A stretch of DNA of 63,655 bases, filler included, from Hyphochytrium catenoides (lineage: Eukaryota > Protista > Hyphochytriomycota), in the NCBI GenBank assembly GCA_900088475.1. It is 10 parts of 10 records of this genome, joined end to end, with 100 filler letters (N's around TTAATTAATTAA, not from the genome) between each part and the next. Parts side by side here need not be neighbours in the genome. Positions count along the whole stretch, not along the records: positions 13,648 to 29,223 come from FLMG01000438.1; 9 more parts are not named here. The stretch is one strand, 5' to 3'. The notes below the pieces were generated by a model, which searched no databases, was not told where the DNA came from, and saw only the letters and a list, made by a program, of their open reading frames with translations. Position 1 is the first letter of the stretch. Every line of letters begins with the position of its first letter. This document shows, piece after piece, positions 13,648-26,039 of this stretch. The translations under genes and the position numbers were made by a program.

Positions 13648-13985
13648 GGGGGAGAGGGACAGAAACACGGAGGGAGCAAGAAGACAAGTAACGAAGAGTA
13701 AAGAGAGAGGGACAGGGAAAAGGCTGAAAGCAAAAGACCAAGAGCGGAGGGGAGGGAGGGGTAGGGCGATAGAGTCCGCGAAGAAAGAATAGAGGAAAAG
13801 ACAGTGAGGCACCGACACAGACAGAAAGGATAAAGAGAGGTGTTCAGTGCGACTAGAAAGGAAAGTGATATTCTCTTGAGAGATGAGAAGGAGAAGAGGG
13901 GCAAGGTAGAGTATTTGATAGAGGCGGAGGGACACAGAGAGAGAGAGAGAGAGAGAGAGAAGGAGAGAGTGCAAAGTAGCGTCAC

Positions 13986-14234
13986 CTTACTAGCCCAGAG
14001 CTTTCTCTTCTTCTCCCAGAGCTCTCTGTATCTTCTCTCCAAGAGACGATGCATGCTCTCCGCGGCTCGGGACGTTCCTCTCTCTCTCTCTCCCCCTCTG
14101 TCTCTCCCTCTCCCGCTCTCTCTCTCCATCTCGGCCATGACTAACATATCCCGAAGAACTCTTAGATCTAACCCTGACCGCCGCGTGAGTAGAGCTGGGA
14201 AATCTTGTCTGATATGCTCTACATCCAGAAAAAG

Positions 14235-14265
<31 letters not shown>

Positions 14266-15188
14266 CGAAAGAGTAAGAGAGAGAGAGCGAAAGAGTAAGA
14301 GAGAGAGGGCGAAAGAGTAAGAGAGAGTGGATATTGCATGAGGGAAAGACGGTGGGAAATACGGGTGGAGAATAAGAGAGAGGAATAATTAGGAGAGAGC
14401 GTGAGAACGAGTGACAGAGAGAGAGAAAGAATAAAGCGATCAGGGAAGGGATAGAGACAAGAAAGAAAGGAAGAGAGACAGAAAGAAAGAAAGAAAGAAA
14501 GAAAGAGAAAGAAGAGAGAAGAAGGGAGAGAAAGGCGCCGAAAAAGTAAAGAAAAAGAAGAAAAGCGAGCAAGATGAGACCCAGTAGAGAAGTGAGGCGA
14601 AGGGACTGGGGAGGAGGAGAGAGTGCGACCAAGGGATCTAAACGAGGAAGAGAAAGAAGAGAAAAGGGTCAAGAAAAAGGTAAAAAGAGAGAGAGAAAAA
14701 ATGCTTATTGAGAAAGGCCGTCGAAGAATCTGAGGAGGCTGCTTCCCGATCCACACAAGGAAATCAAGAGAGAAAGAGAGCAAGAGAAAGAGAGTGTGAG
14801 AAAGCAAGAGCAAGAGAGGGAGAGAGAGAGAAGGAGGAGGAGAGAGAGAACGAGAGGAAGAGGGAGAGAGAGTGCTACCAGGCAGCAGGTCAATAACTCC
14901 TTGGTCGTAGCCATTGAAAGTCTTCTTACAGTCAGCACAGCGGAACCGCCGAGTCCAGAGAAAATACCAGTCACTCTCTCCATACACTTTCCGCCCGCCC
15001 TGGGAAGAGAAGAAAGAGAAAACCAAGGAGAGAGAGAGAGACAACGCAAGGAGGGAGAGAGAGACAAACCGAAGAAGAAGAAGAGAGAGAGAGCAGAGTG
15101 AGACCCGAGCAGAATGAGAGAGAAGAGAGGAGAAAGAAAAACAGATGAGTAACAATCAATACCTTTCCTCTCCCAGCATTCGATCACT

Positions 15189-15226
<38 letters not shown>

Positions 15227-15345
15227 CTATTCTCTATTATCATAAGAAACCTCATTCTCCACGCAGTCAAATGCGCACTCTCTCTCTCTCTATCTATCTT
15301 CTCTTCTCTCTCTTTTCCTCGCTTTCTCAGACGCCTTTCTGGGTG

Positions 15346-15376
<31 letters not shown>

Positions 15377-15672
15377 ATTCTCTCACCTTGTGGTTGAGTC
15401 CCTCATGCCGGACGGCTAGATCTGAGTGGCAGAAAGGGCAAAAGGGCACACCTCGAGGTAGATCTTCATGAAAAATATCTTCTGGATTCCAAAATACCAC
15501 TGGCCTGCGGCAGAAATATTCTAGATCGAGAGGATTTGCGCTTTTGAAGCATGGGGGTAAAGAGAGAAGAGAGAAAAGAGAGAGAGAGAGAGAAGGGGTG
15601 TGAGAGAGAGAGAGAGAGAGAATGAGAAAGAGAAAGAGAGCTTGAGAAAGAGAGAATGAGAAAGTGAGAAAA

Positions 15673-15703
<31 letters not shown>

Positions 15704-16333
15704 GAGAGAAAGAAGAGAAGAGAGAGAGAGAGAAAGAGAGAGAAGGCAAGGGGGAAAGAAAGGAGCACAGTTACTAGAGAGAGAGACGGAAAACACAGGG
15801 AGAGGAGACAGAGAGAAAACCGATTTCCAGCAGGTCAAGAAAAAGGCGAAGGTGGAGAGGGAAGAGAAGCTCAAGAGTTGCGACGAAAGTGAGAAACTGC
15901 TCGAGCGTGGCTTAACAGCCGGCACAGGGAGTGGAGAGAGAGAGAGAGAGAGTGAGAGAAGAAAGAGAGAGACAGAGGGAGAGGGAGAGTGACACAGAGG
16001 GAGAAAGAGAGAGAGGATCGGGGTATAGAGGGACAGAGGGACGGTGGGAGAGACAGAGAGAGAGGGAATGCGGAGTGAAAAGAGAAAAGAATGAGCGAGA
16101 GAGAGCATGCAAGAAAGAGAGGAAGAAGCGAAGTGCGGTAAGGACGCAAGGAAGTGGAGGAGAGAGAAGCTGGAAGAAGATGCATAACACGGAGAGAAAG
16201 GAAGAGTTTGAGAAAGAGAGAAACAAATAGATAGACGGCGAGAAAGAGAGAGAGAGAGAAAAAGAGAGAGNNNNNNNNNNNNNNNNNNNNNNNNNNNNNN
16301 NNNNNNNNNNNNNNNNNNNNNNNNNNNNAGAGA

Positions 16334-16375
<42 letters not shown>

Positions 16376-17425
16376 GTTAGACCTCTTATGTCCTAAAGCA
16401 ATAGGATGACTTGGGCGGATCCAGAAGAGTTCTCCCCCTGCTGTGAAGAGAGAAAGAGCTTTCTCCCGTCTTTCTTTTAGAGGCGCCCTGACATCTATTT
16501 TCCCTATCATTCTCTCTTCTCTGACGAACTGGAGCCATGATGACTGGAGGCCTTCCTCTCTCTCTTCTTCTTCTCTCCCAGGTGGGAAGGAGAGAGAGAC
16601 GGTTGCGCTGACGCTGGAATTCGAGAGAGAGAATGCAGAAGAAAAGTGAAAAAGAAAGAGAGAGAGAGAGAAACAGAGAGGGACGGGTCACAATAAGTCA
16701 GCAAGACAGAAAGAGATACAGAGAAGAAACAGAGGATCAAATAAAAATAAAAGAGAGAGAGAGAGAGAGAGAGAGAAAAGAGGGAGAAAAGGAGGAGGAA
16801 GAAGGAGAAGTTAATGAAGAAGAAAAAGAAGAAGAAGAGGACGGGCGAAAACGAGCGACAGTAGCAAGAGAGGATGACTCTCAGCTAAGCGGTAAAGACC
16901 CAGCCAAACACATTTCAAGCCCTTGCTAAGAAGTAGAACACCTTCGGGAGAGAGAGAAAGAGCGGTAGGGAGGGAGGGAGGGAGAGAAAGAGAAAGGGAG
17001 AGAGAGAGAGAGAGAGAGACCAGACAACAGACAACAGAGAACAGAGAACAGAGAACAGAGAAGAGGACAGAGGACAGAGAGTAAGAAGAGAAGAAGGGGG
17101 AAAGAAGAGAGAAAAAGGGAAGAATAAGGGAGTTCAGCCTTCCTCACTGAGTTGTCCTGCTATCTTCGGCGTGACTTGGCATTCTCTTTCTCTTCCTTGG
17201 CCGACGCAGACTTTGTCTCTCGTCTATCTCTGTTCCCGTCAAAGACTCTCCCTCTCGCTCTCCTCGTCCTTCTCTTTCTCTCTCTCTCTCTCCATCCGTG
17301 TGTCTCTCTTCTTCTTCTTCTCCAGGAGCTTTCCAGGGAGAGTTTGGGCAGGTCCGCGCGTTGTGTCCTTCTTTCTTCCTGCATTTTCCGCAGACCTGTC
17401 CCTCTCCTTTCTTTGGACCGGGCAT
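13986..17425 (-). CDS. Multi-exon DUF6729-domain protein with N-terminal zinc knuckle (Zisupton/KDZ-type transposase-like); 3' end lost at the contig end
   Basis: Phase-compatible GT-AG exons 17425-17148, 16613-16383, 15540-15387, 14999-14879 and 14218-13986. They give CGKCRKKEGHNARTC ... LFWIRPSHP ... PVVFWNP ... CPFC ... GGRKVY ... RFRCADCKKTFNGYD ... LLPEHIRQDFPALLTRRSGLD, which matches the DUF6729 pattern as I recall it. Confidence 0.72.
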
Positions 17426-17677
17426 CCTTTAAGAGGAGAGAGACAGAAGAGACAGACAGAGAGGAGAGAGGAGAGAGAGAAGAGAAAGAGAAGAGAGAGG
17501 AGGGGGGAGAGAGAGGAGTAGGCGGGAGAGACAGAGAGAGAGATGTAAGTGATTGAAAGATTTAGACTTAAGGAGGAAACAGGGAGAAAGGAAGTATGAT
17601 CCAGACGGATGGAAAGACAAAGTGACGAGAAGGCACGAGAGAGAGAGAGGAGGGGAGAGGAAGAGGGGGTGGGGGCA

Positions 17678-17711
<34 letters not shown>

Positions 17712-17969
17712 AGTAGAAGAAGAAGAGAAAAAGAAAAGAGAAGAGACAACTCTAAAGCCAACATCAAGCCCATAGGTCTTCTTCCTCGATCACCTGCGGC
17801 TCATCGCCAGTCCCGTTCGTCTCTCTCTCTCCTTCCTCCTGCCCGCTTGTGATCTGCACGCTGGCGACCTTCTTCTGCTCGTGACATTGCTTTCTCTCCT
17901 CTCCTGAGCGTCCAAGTCTCTCCACCCTTTCCTCTCTTATAGTCTCTCTCTCTCATAGCTCCTTCTCTA

Positions 17970-18002
<33 letters not shown>

Positions 18003-20249
18003 ATCTCTCTCTCTCTTTCCCTCTCTCTTCTACTGATGGTCTTTGAGAACTCGAAGTAGAATTGTAGTGAGAGCTTTATTCGCAGAAGGTAAACGGAAAG
18101 ACAAAGCTTACATGATGTGAGACAGAGTACAGCAAGAGATAAGGATATGAAGAGACAGATAGCATGCATACAGTTACAATTTATGTAGATCAGCTAACAT
18201 CGAGGGACATCATGGACGAGAGTCAGACATGACAAGAGATACGTGGAGACAATTTTTATGAACAAGTACAAGTACTTCTTATTATTGAAGCTTATGCCGG
18301 ATAGGGAGCCACTTAAATAAGTTAATACAGAACAAATAACATATTCACGAGCTTGATATTGAATAAGGTACTGTATTGTTTGTTATCATGATTCTTGCAA
18401 ACCTGGAGCGACCAGGCTCTCTTCTCTCTCTCTCTCCCTCTCNNNNNNNNNNNNNNNNNNNNNNNNNNNNNNNNNNNNNNNNNNNNNNNNNNNNNNCTCT
18501 CTCTCTTTCTCTCTCTGTTGCTCTCCCTTTCTCTCTCTCTCGCTCGCTCTCTTTCTCTGTCTTCCTCTTACAGGTAACAGTTCGGACACCGCTTTCCATG
18601 CCTTCTTCTTGCAGTCTCTCTCCTTTCTATCATTGCTTCTCTATTTCTTCTCTGGCTTCCATATCTCTCCTCGCACTTTATTTCCTTTGTCCTCCGTCGC
18701 CGCCGATGGCCAGCAGGTAGTAGGAGAAAACGTTTTCCCTCCTCCTCTAGCTGATTGCCGTCTCTCCTCCCTCAGTCACCGACCTCAGCTTCTTCCCCTC
18801 TGGTCTATCATTCTTCCCTATGTTTTGCTTATAATTATCGTACAGCCGCAGCTGCTCGCCGCTCCTCTCGCCCGCTCTTTCTTCATTTTCTTCCTCTTCT
18901 CGCTGGTTCAGCAGCACCTTTAGTCTAATTTTCCTCAGCGTCTTGTCTGCTGCTCTGCTGCTGCTCCACAAGCGGCCACCAGGCGGCCAATCTCTGCGGA
19001 AGAAGAGCAAGAACCGACAGAAGAGGAAGAGTGCGATGATACCATCTTCTTCCACGCGCGGGCAAAACAACTATAATCCTTGTTGCAGTGCAGGCGCTAT
19101 TATTTATGTTCCTGGCGGCGTGGAACGGTGGAAGAAGATCAAGAGACACATCTCCTCGGCCTGCTTCACTTGTTTAGATTCAACCACGAAGAAAAGGAAG
19201 AAGATGGAGGACCGGATCGCAAGGAAGGAAGGAAGAGCAACAGGCAGTGAATGAGATAACAATGGGGGAGGAGCTAAGACACTTTCTTCTTCCAGCAACT
19301 TCCAAAGAGTCTATTTCTCAATCATCAGCGGAACGAAGGAAGGAAGATTGCTTGCTTCCTCTCCATTTGGCCGTTGCTTTATCATCTTCTTGCAGATGTT
19401 TAGAGTGATTCTTATGCAGGAGGCAGCATGCAAAGATGATTGCTGTTGTCCTGAGAGCTGAGAAGAATGGACCACTGATGACGAGGAAGAGACGAAAGAA
19501 AGAGTGAAGAGAGCCGGAGAGTGTCAAAAGGGAAAGACTGGAGAAGAGAGAACTCTAGAGGAGAAAACAACGTCTTGTTTAGATTGTCCATCTTTCTCTG
19601 ATGAACGAGCCCGGCGGGCCGATGGAGAAGAAGAAGAAAACTCTCCCAGACCTTTGCCAACAACAGCAGAAAAGGAAGAAGAAGGATCTTGAGAGGCATT
19701 TACACTATAGAAATCGCCGTCACCGCCTTCGGATGGTTCTTTGGCCGGGGCGTCGAGGAAGAAAGCGTTTAATGCCAGTCATGGCCCGCTGCTGTTCTCT
19801 CTCTTGCGTGTTTCTCCCTCTCACATTTGATCTCCTTCTCTCTCTCTCTCTTTCTCTCTCTCTCTTTCTTTCTTTCTCTCTCTCTCTCTCATTCTCCGGC
19901 ACTATTGAATGACAGTTCTCCCTGGATGGTTGAGTTTTCTTCCCAAGAAGAAAGATGGCGCTTTATGAAATGATGAAATGTAACTCTTTAGTCTATTCTT
20001 TTTAAAAAAAAATGCTTAGCGGACAAGAGAGACATCGCTGAGACGGAGAGGAAGAGAGGAAACAGAAAAAGGGAAAGCTCCCTGAGTGGTCAATGTTTGA
20101 AGAAGAGAAGCTCACGAAGGAAGAGGAACAAAGGAGAGAACACAAGCGTCAAAAGAGAAGGAGGCAAGTGAAAGAGAAGAAGAAGAAAGAAAGAAATCAT
20201 AATCCTTTCTCTCTCTCTTTCTTCTCCCTCAGCTCTGTCTCAGTCTCTC

Positions 20250-23012
20250 TTACTGTTCAATAACAATCTTGGGACTTCGCCAGTATTCAAAGTCTTTCTT
20301 CTCGTCTCCCAGCGCCTTTACCGCCCGCGCCACGACATAGTAAGAACCCGCAGGAATCGCTTTCATTTTTCTCTTAGCTGGATCGTCTGTCTCCTCCGAG
20401 AAGACTGCCGGACGGCCACGGATAGTGGTTGGCCATTCAATTTCTAGGAAGGATGCCTCTGGGTCCTGGTCCTCGCTTGCAGTGCGTCCTTGGTTAGGCT
20501 CATACGCCACATAACCAAGAGATTTCTCTTCTTTGCCTTCCCGGAAGAGAGAGAGAGAGAGAAGCGGCGTAGGATGCAGAAGCTTGATGTAGAACAGCGG
20601 AATGTCTTCACCAGTGAAAGAGAAGGTTGCCGTCTCGTCCGGACGAGAGAAAGTGGGAGACCGAGAGGTCCCAGATCGGACGTAGGGCTGGTCTGAAGTG
20701 CCGGGCTGGCCGAAGACTGGATAACTTCTATAGTCTCCCTTCAGACCCGCGTACGGGACGAAGACAGCCTTAGCGCTGTTCTCAGGCTGGACCTTGATAT
20801 AGCCAGAGTATAGCCAGCGCTCAAGGTCAGGCTTGGTCACGTCCGGCCGGATGCTCACTGTGACACTCCGCTGCTCCTTAGGTCCGAGAGTGAAAGAGGC
20901 TGGCTCGATGGTGACAGTGGCCGGCCTGGAAGCCAGGGTTGGAGCTGCACTGTCAGTGCCGTTCACGGAGACAGAAGCCTCATGATAAAGAGAATAGGTT
21001 GTCGGAAGATCGCCGGTGTTGGAGACTGAGAAAGAGGCAGTGATGGTATCTATTCCTTGTGGAGGCAGATAGCCCAGTGAGAGAGCGGACGGAGAGACGG
21101 CCGTCTTAGAGATGAAAAGATTGTAAGCATTCAGAAGGCCAGCGCCTTGCCGAGCTACAGAGGACATGCCAGCCACGTTTCCGGCCTGGACGATCGGCAC
21201 CGCATTGTTCTGCAAATACTGCTTGAGCTCACGCGTCCGAGCAAGCTTTCCTTGGGTTAGCGGCTGCACGGGGAGGCCGGCCTGCACGCCGGAAAGGTAC
21301 AGCGCGGCAACACCGGCTGCATAAGGAGAAGCCATAGAAGTACCAGAGATCGTATTGTACGATCCCAGAGCTGTTGGCCAGGAAGAGAATATCTTTCCAC
21401 CCGGAGCCGTGACGTCCGGCTTGATGGCCAGGTCAGGAGAGAGACCCCAAGAGCTAAAGTCACTGATCTGTCCCTTGGTCGGGACCGCTTGTGGGACCAT
21501 TTCCTCCAAGAAACTGAAAGAGAATTGTTCCCTTTCAGCCTCTGAGACTTTCTTCACTGCTTCAGTGATGGCCTCTCCGTCCTCGAGGGAGAGAAGGCCG
21601 ACCGGGATCTCTACGTCTGGTCCTTCCAGGCCGCCCGCACCCTCCAGCATTCCTGGCTGATTGTTATAGATGAAAACACCTTCTGCCTTTGCCGCCTGAG
21701 CAAGAAGGACCTTCTCCGCAAAGGTACAGGTTCCACGTTTGATGAGAACCATCTTCCCCCTGTAAGCCTCAGGATCCGATGGCGCTTTGCAGCCGTCTGC
21801 GGACAGGTCACCGCCAGGAAGAAGAGACGCCACGATAATCTTGGACTGATCTGGGATCTGGACCTTCATGAGCGGGACCGGCGTGTTATACAGATACTTT
21901 TGGCCATTGACGTCCTTCCCCGATTGCAAAAGGTTGAAGGCTGAGAACAAATACATTGCGTTGTCCGAGGACGCCACAGCAATGGCGTCGATGCCCACGG
22001 CGGGGGCACCAGCTTCCCATAGCCCCAAGGATCCCTCGTTGCCCATAGCAGCGACCACAATCATTCCCTTGTCAGAAAGGCGAGTGATGGCCGTGGCTGT
22101 GGGAAATTCGGGCCACTGTGATGCCCGACCAAGAGAGAGATTGATCACATCCATGCCGTCCTCGTAGGCCTTCTCCATGCCTGCGATGATGGCATCAGGA
22201 GTGGTTCCGCCCTCGCATCCGAACACTTTGTATGCCCCCAAGATCGCGTCAGGAGCCACACCCAATAACTTGTCATCGCGTCCGGCCACAGAGCCAGCAA
22301 CGTGCGTACCGTGCCCGCCACAGTCCATCGGATCCTTATCAGGACGAGGAAGGCCGGTCGCACCAAACCCGTCACCGACAAAATCCATCCCATACATGAC
22401 ACGGCACTTAGCTCCTTGTCCAACCGCCGAGCAGGAGCCAAAGGCTGGATGCTTATAATCAATGCCCGTATCGATGATGCCAACTTTGATTCCCTTCCCT
22501 GTGACCTTGAACTCCTGATGCACTTGCGTGACGCCCGTGTCATTGTGAGGCAGGACCGCCAAGAAATCCGGGCCCAGAGTCCTCCGGCCAGCGATGGGCC
22601 CAGGCTCTTCAATGATCACATTCTTGGCCGGATCATCCACCAGGAAGTTAGGGAAGACCTTGTCAACCTGGGGAAGACCAGCGATCGTCTCCATGACGTC
22701 CGAAGAGATGGACCCAGAGCGACTAACGTCTAACTGCAGGGATAAACCATTGATCAGCTTTCCAAACTGGCCTCGAACTTGGAAATTGACGCCAGAATCT
22801 GTCAAAGCCTTCTTGAACTCGGTGTGTTGAGCTTCAATCGCCGCGAGATCGCCTCCTAGGATCTCAGGGTTTCCGGATAGTTCGACCAGGATGGAGTCTG
22901 GGAGGATCCGGTCCTGAAGGTGACGGTGAGAGGCCGGGATGGGGACCACATGGCCAGCCTGGGTGAAGGCAGGAAGGAGAAGAAGAAGGGAAGAAAGAGA
23001 AGAAAGCTTCAT
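20250..23012 (-). CDS. Secreted subtilisin-like serine protease (S8; signal peptide, prodomain, PA insert, C-terminal Fn3-like domain; Vpr/C5a-peptidase-like), 920 aa, intronless
   Basis: Catalytic triad motifs IIDTGIDY, GHGTHVAG and SGTSMASP. PA motif LIKRGTCTFAEK, plus SDFSSWG and KPDVTAPGG. Hydrophobic N-terminus. Confidence 0.95.
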   Translation of the reverse strand: MKLSSLSSLLLLLPAFTQAGHVVPIPASHRHLQDRILPDSILVELSGNPEILGGDLAAIEAQHTEFKKALTDSGVNFQVRGQFGKLINGLSLQLDVSRSGSISSDVMETIAGLPQVDKVFPNFLVDDPAKNVIIEEPGPIAGRRTLGPDFLAVLPHNDTGVTQVHQEFKVTGKGIKVGIIDTGIDYKHPAFGSCSAVGQGAKCRVMYGMDFVGDGFGATGLPRPDKDPMDCGGHGTHVAGSVAGRDDKLLGVAPDAILGAYKVFGCEGGTTPDAIIAGMEKAYEDGMDVINLSLGRASQWPEFPTATAITRLSDKGMIVVAAMGNEGSLGLWEAGAPAVGIDAIAVASSDNAMYLFSAFNLLQSGKDVNGQKYLYNTPVPLMKVQIPDQSKIIVASLLPGGDLSADGCKAPSDPEAYRGKMVLIKRGTCTFAEKVLLAQAAKAEGVFIYNNQPGMLEGAGGLEGPDVEIPVGLLSLEDGEAITEAVKKVSEAEREQFSFSFLEEMVPQAVPTKGQISDFSSWGLSPDLAIKPDVTAPGGKIFSSWPTALGSYNTISGTSMASPYAAGVAALYLSGVQAGLPVQPLTQGKLARTRELKQYLQNNAVPIVQAGNVAGMSSVARQGAGLLNAYNLFISKTAVSPSALSLGYLPPQGIDTITASFSVSNTGDLPTTYSLYHEASVSVNGTDSAAPTLASRPATVTIEPASFTLGPKEQRSVTVSIRPDVTKPDLERWLYSGYIKVQPENSAKAVFVPYAGLKGDYRSYPVFGQPGTSDQPYVRSGTSRSPTFSRPDETATFSFTGEDIPLFYIKLLHPTPLLSLSLFREGKEEKSLGYVAYEPNQGRTASEDQDPEASFLEIEWPTTIRGRPAVFSEETDDPAKRKMKAIPAGSYYVVARAVKALGDEKKDFEYWRSPKIVIEQ

Positions 23013-24517
23013 GCTTCTCGTTGTTGTGGTTCTGTTTTTCTCTCTTGTTTTCTGTTGACTGTTTATGTCTAGGACGCCGGTGGTCCCAGTTCTTTCTTGA
23101 TGCCTTTATTGCTTGCTATATCTCTCTCTCCTGTTTGCCAGATGCGAGGTACAGCTGGGGTTTCTCTTGTGACGGGAGGCAGTGGTGCCTTACCCTTGGA
23201 AGAGAAAGATGAGGAATGAGGCTGAAGCCAAAAGGAGGGAATAGGGCAGTGCAACGAAGGCCGCGGTAGATGAAGAGAGGGACAAGAAAGAAGGGAGAAG
23301 AGGACAATCCGGCGCTCGGATGACGGGGCACTGCTCCATTAGAAGGGAGTGAGAGGGGCAATTGAAAGCGGAACGAAGGAAGAGAGAAAGAGAGAGAGGG
23401 AAAAACAGGTAGGTCCTTAGATTGGGATTTTAGGGGAGAGAGAGAGAGAGAGAGAGAGAGAAGAGAAAAAGGAGTAGGTCTCTAGAACGGGAATTTTTTG
23501 AAGTTATGCTCTTTATCTACGGCTTCTAGCTGAGAGGGACAGAGAGCACGGGCAGTGCACAAGAGATCATGACAGCCCGAAGGAGCCTGAAAGTGATGAT
23601 GCAACCGGGAAACTCTGAAGATAGGAAAAGATCGAGGGGAGTTTGTGACGAAGAGACAGAAGAAATAGAACAACAAGGAGAGGGAGGGCTGCTCTGACTC
23701 AAAGGACACTTACTTCATGAGACACTAAGAAAGCGAGTGTTAGGGTGGGAGACGAAAAGAGTGGGGCGTAGGTAGAGTGATGACATGGAGGGATAAAAGA
23801 GAGGTCTGTGAAAGAAAAGAGAGACTAGAGACGGAGAAGAGGGAACGGACTGCAAAATTGTGACGATGCGATGGCTGATCGCTACTTCAAAAGGTAGAGA
23901 TAATGCTCGCAATCTCCTTGAGAAGGAAAATCCTTGCAAGCAGTTAGACTGGGGCTGAGAGACACAGCGAGGGAGAGAGACATAAAGAGGGAGAGAGATT
24001 GAAAAGAGAGAGAGGAAAAAAGGACGATAAGAGAGAGAGAGAGAGACCAAGTAGTGCGTGCGAGCAAGTTATTCCTTCCTTTATCCATGGCTTCCCTTGT
24101 CCTCTGGTCCCTCGCTCCGCCTAAGAACTCTAGCGCTTTGAACGATAACACGCCGTCTCTATGGTCCATGGTGTCTAATCATAGAAAATGTATAACAATC
24201 AGTGCCCAGGCCGCCTTCTCGAAAGCTTGTTATTCTACCAAAAAACTCACGAAAAGAAAGGATCGAAACTTTACGAGAAGATATTGTATTACAATTGAGT
24301 TTTCGGAATGTTTGAAAGTTTATCCAGAGAGGATTATTTCAAACGTTCTCAACTTGCGTAAAACAGTAGTAAAAAAAAGCTTAGAATTGGGGTTCGAAAG
24401 CGTCAGAACCTNNNNNNNNNNNNNNNNNNNNNNNNNNNNNNNNNNNNNNNNNNNNNNNNNNNNNNNNNNNNNNNNNNNNNNNNNNNNNNNNNNNNNNNNN
24501 NNNNNNNNNNNNNNGAA

Positions 24518-24548
<31 letters not shown>

Positions 24549-24577
24549 AAAGAAGAGAGAGATCTCATTTTAGGAAC

Positions 24578-25200
24578 ATGGGGCTTGGTTGTTATTCGTG
24601 GTCAAATATGTTCATTCCTAAAAGAAGAACCGACGGTTCTTTAGAGAATCCCAGTGTAGAACTACTCTCGAAGCTGGAACGTTGGAACCCGTGCAAGATC
24701 TCACAGAACTCGCCAGTCAGGGATCGTCGGGAACCTCTTTCTCCATGGTACTGTATGGTCCCTTTGCATGTCTCGACAGCCTTTTCTCTCTTCCTTTTGC
24801 GAGAAACTCAAAGATAGTTCCTACCCTAATGCATCGTTCCCTATTTCCTTCCTCGTTACACTCTCTCTTTCTCTATCCGTGGGTTGAGTTGATAGAACTA
24901 CTTCCCTCCCTCTTTCGCTCGACCCCTCGCTCCTTTCAAATCAACCTCACAAGTGGTCGTTGTACGTACGAGGATAGGCTGCGGGTCAGAAAGAGAAAAG
25001 ATCTCACTTGAAGTGCTTCGCTCCTAGGTAGCTAGCTGCCAATGAAGGATCTTAGGAATTGTACGAGGTTAGAATAGTTCTTATGCACTGTCTTCACCTT
25101 TTGTAAGGTCTGACCACTCACCCATAACTAACAACCAGACAACCGGAGAGAAGACTCGCGTCGTACCGGTGCACTTGGATAACCTCTTGGTCGTTCTTCC
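24578..25200 (+). mobile_element. Decayed DIRS-like reverse-transcriptase fragment
   Basis: GCYSWSNMFIPKRRTDGSL (cf. GFYSxxFxVPKxDGSxR) at ~24587-24640. RVVPVHLDNLLVV (cf. xVVxYLDDLLV) at ~25157-25196. Confidence 0.4.
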
Positions 25201-25988
25201 TAATCTCTCTCTCTCGCGTGCTCTCTTCCTTCTGTGTGTGTCCTGTTGTTCTCGATCTTCCGCTTCCAACAGATAAATAAAAACCCTTCTTTTAGTGGTC
25301 CGTTGTCTCTTGCTGCGCTCCTCCTCTCGCCTCCGTACTCTTCTTGCTCGCTGGTTGATGAGATGATGCGCCACAAGGGCTTTGACCTCAGCGGTGACGA
25401 AAGAGAAGGAGAGAGAGAGAAAGAGGAAATACCGCCGGATGCCTCACTTCCCAGGTGCAAGTTATTCCGATAAGCAATGATTGCCCGTGACAAGTGTCTC
25501 CTCGAGGCTTTCCTTTGTGAGTAGTAGCAACCCATTCCGATTGAAGTTAGCCAGGAAAGGAGAGAAGAGACGAAGTTATAGAGGAACAGGGTTGCTGAAG
25601 GGAAGAAGATGAAGTTCCTCTTTCTCTCTCTCTCTCTCTCAATCTCTACCATTTATTCTCTTCCCGTAAATTTCCGTGCAAATTCTTGGTCAGAGATCCC
25701 CTTTCTGTGGCTACTCGCCTCCCTCATTTGCATCTTTTCTCGTTTCTTCTTTATCTCTATCGTCTTTTTGCTGTCTAGGAATAATCTCTGTCGTTCCCTT
25801 TCAATATAGTTCTTCTTGGACCTCGGCTCAATCGTTTTTCATTCCTGACCTGCGTCTTCTTTCCTTTTCTGTGTCATCACTTCTCTCTCCCGACTACTCT
25901 CAATCGCTTTGTCGCCGATGTCACCCATTTCCCTGGATCTCTCTCTGTCTCTATCTCTATCTCCACCCCACTACCTCCACCTCCCTGG

Positions 25989-26039
<51 letters not shown>

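Noticed and set aside
18985-19160. RanBP1-domain-like words (EEE..TIFFHARAK..WRRGT)
   Set aside because: Too short and interrupted by a stop. Cannot be distinguished from chance without a search.
8630-19900. Dozens of long ORFs rich in SLSLSL or ERERER (e.g. 13596..15155, 15521..16510)
   Set aside because: Translations of (CT)n/(GA)n tracts, which lack stops. Only the embedded exons are real.
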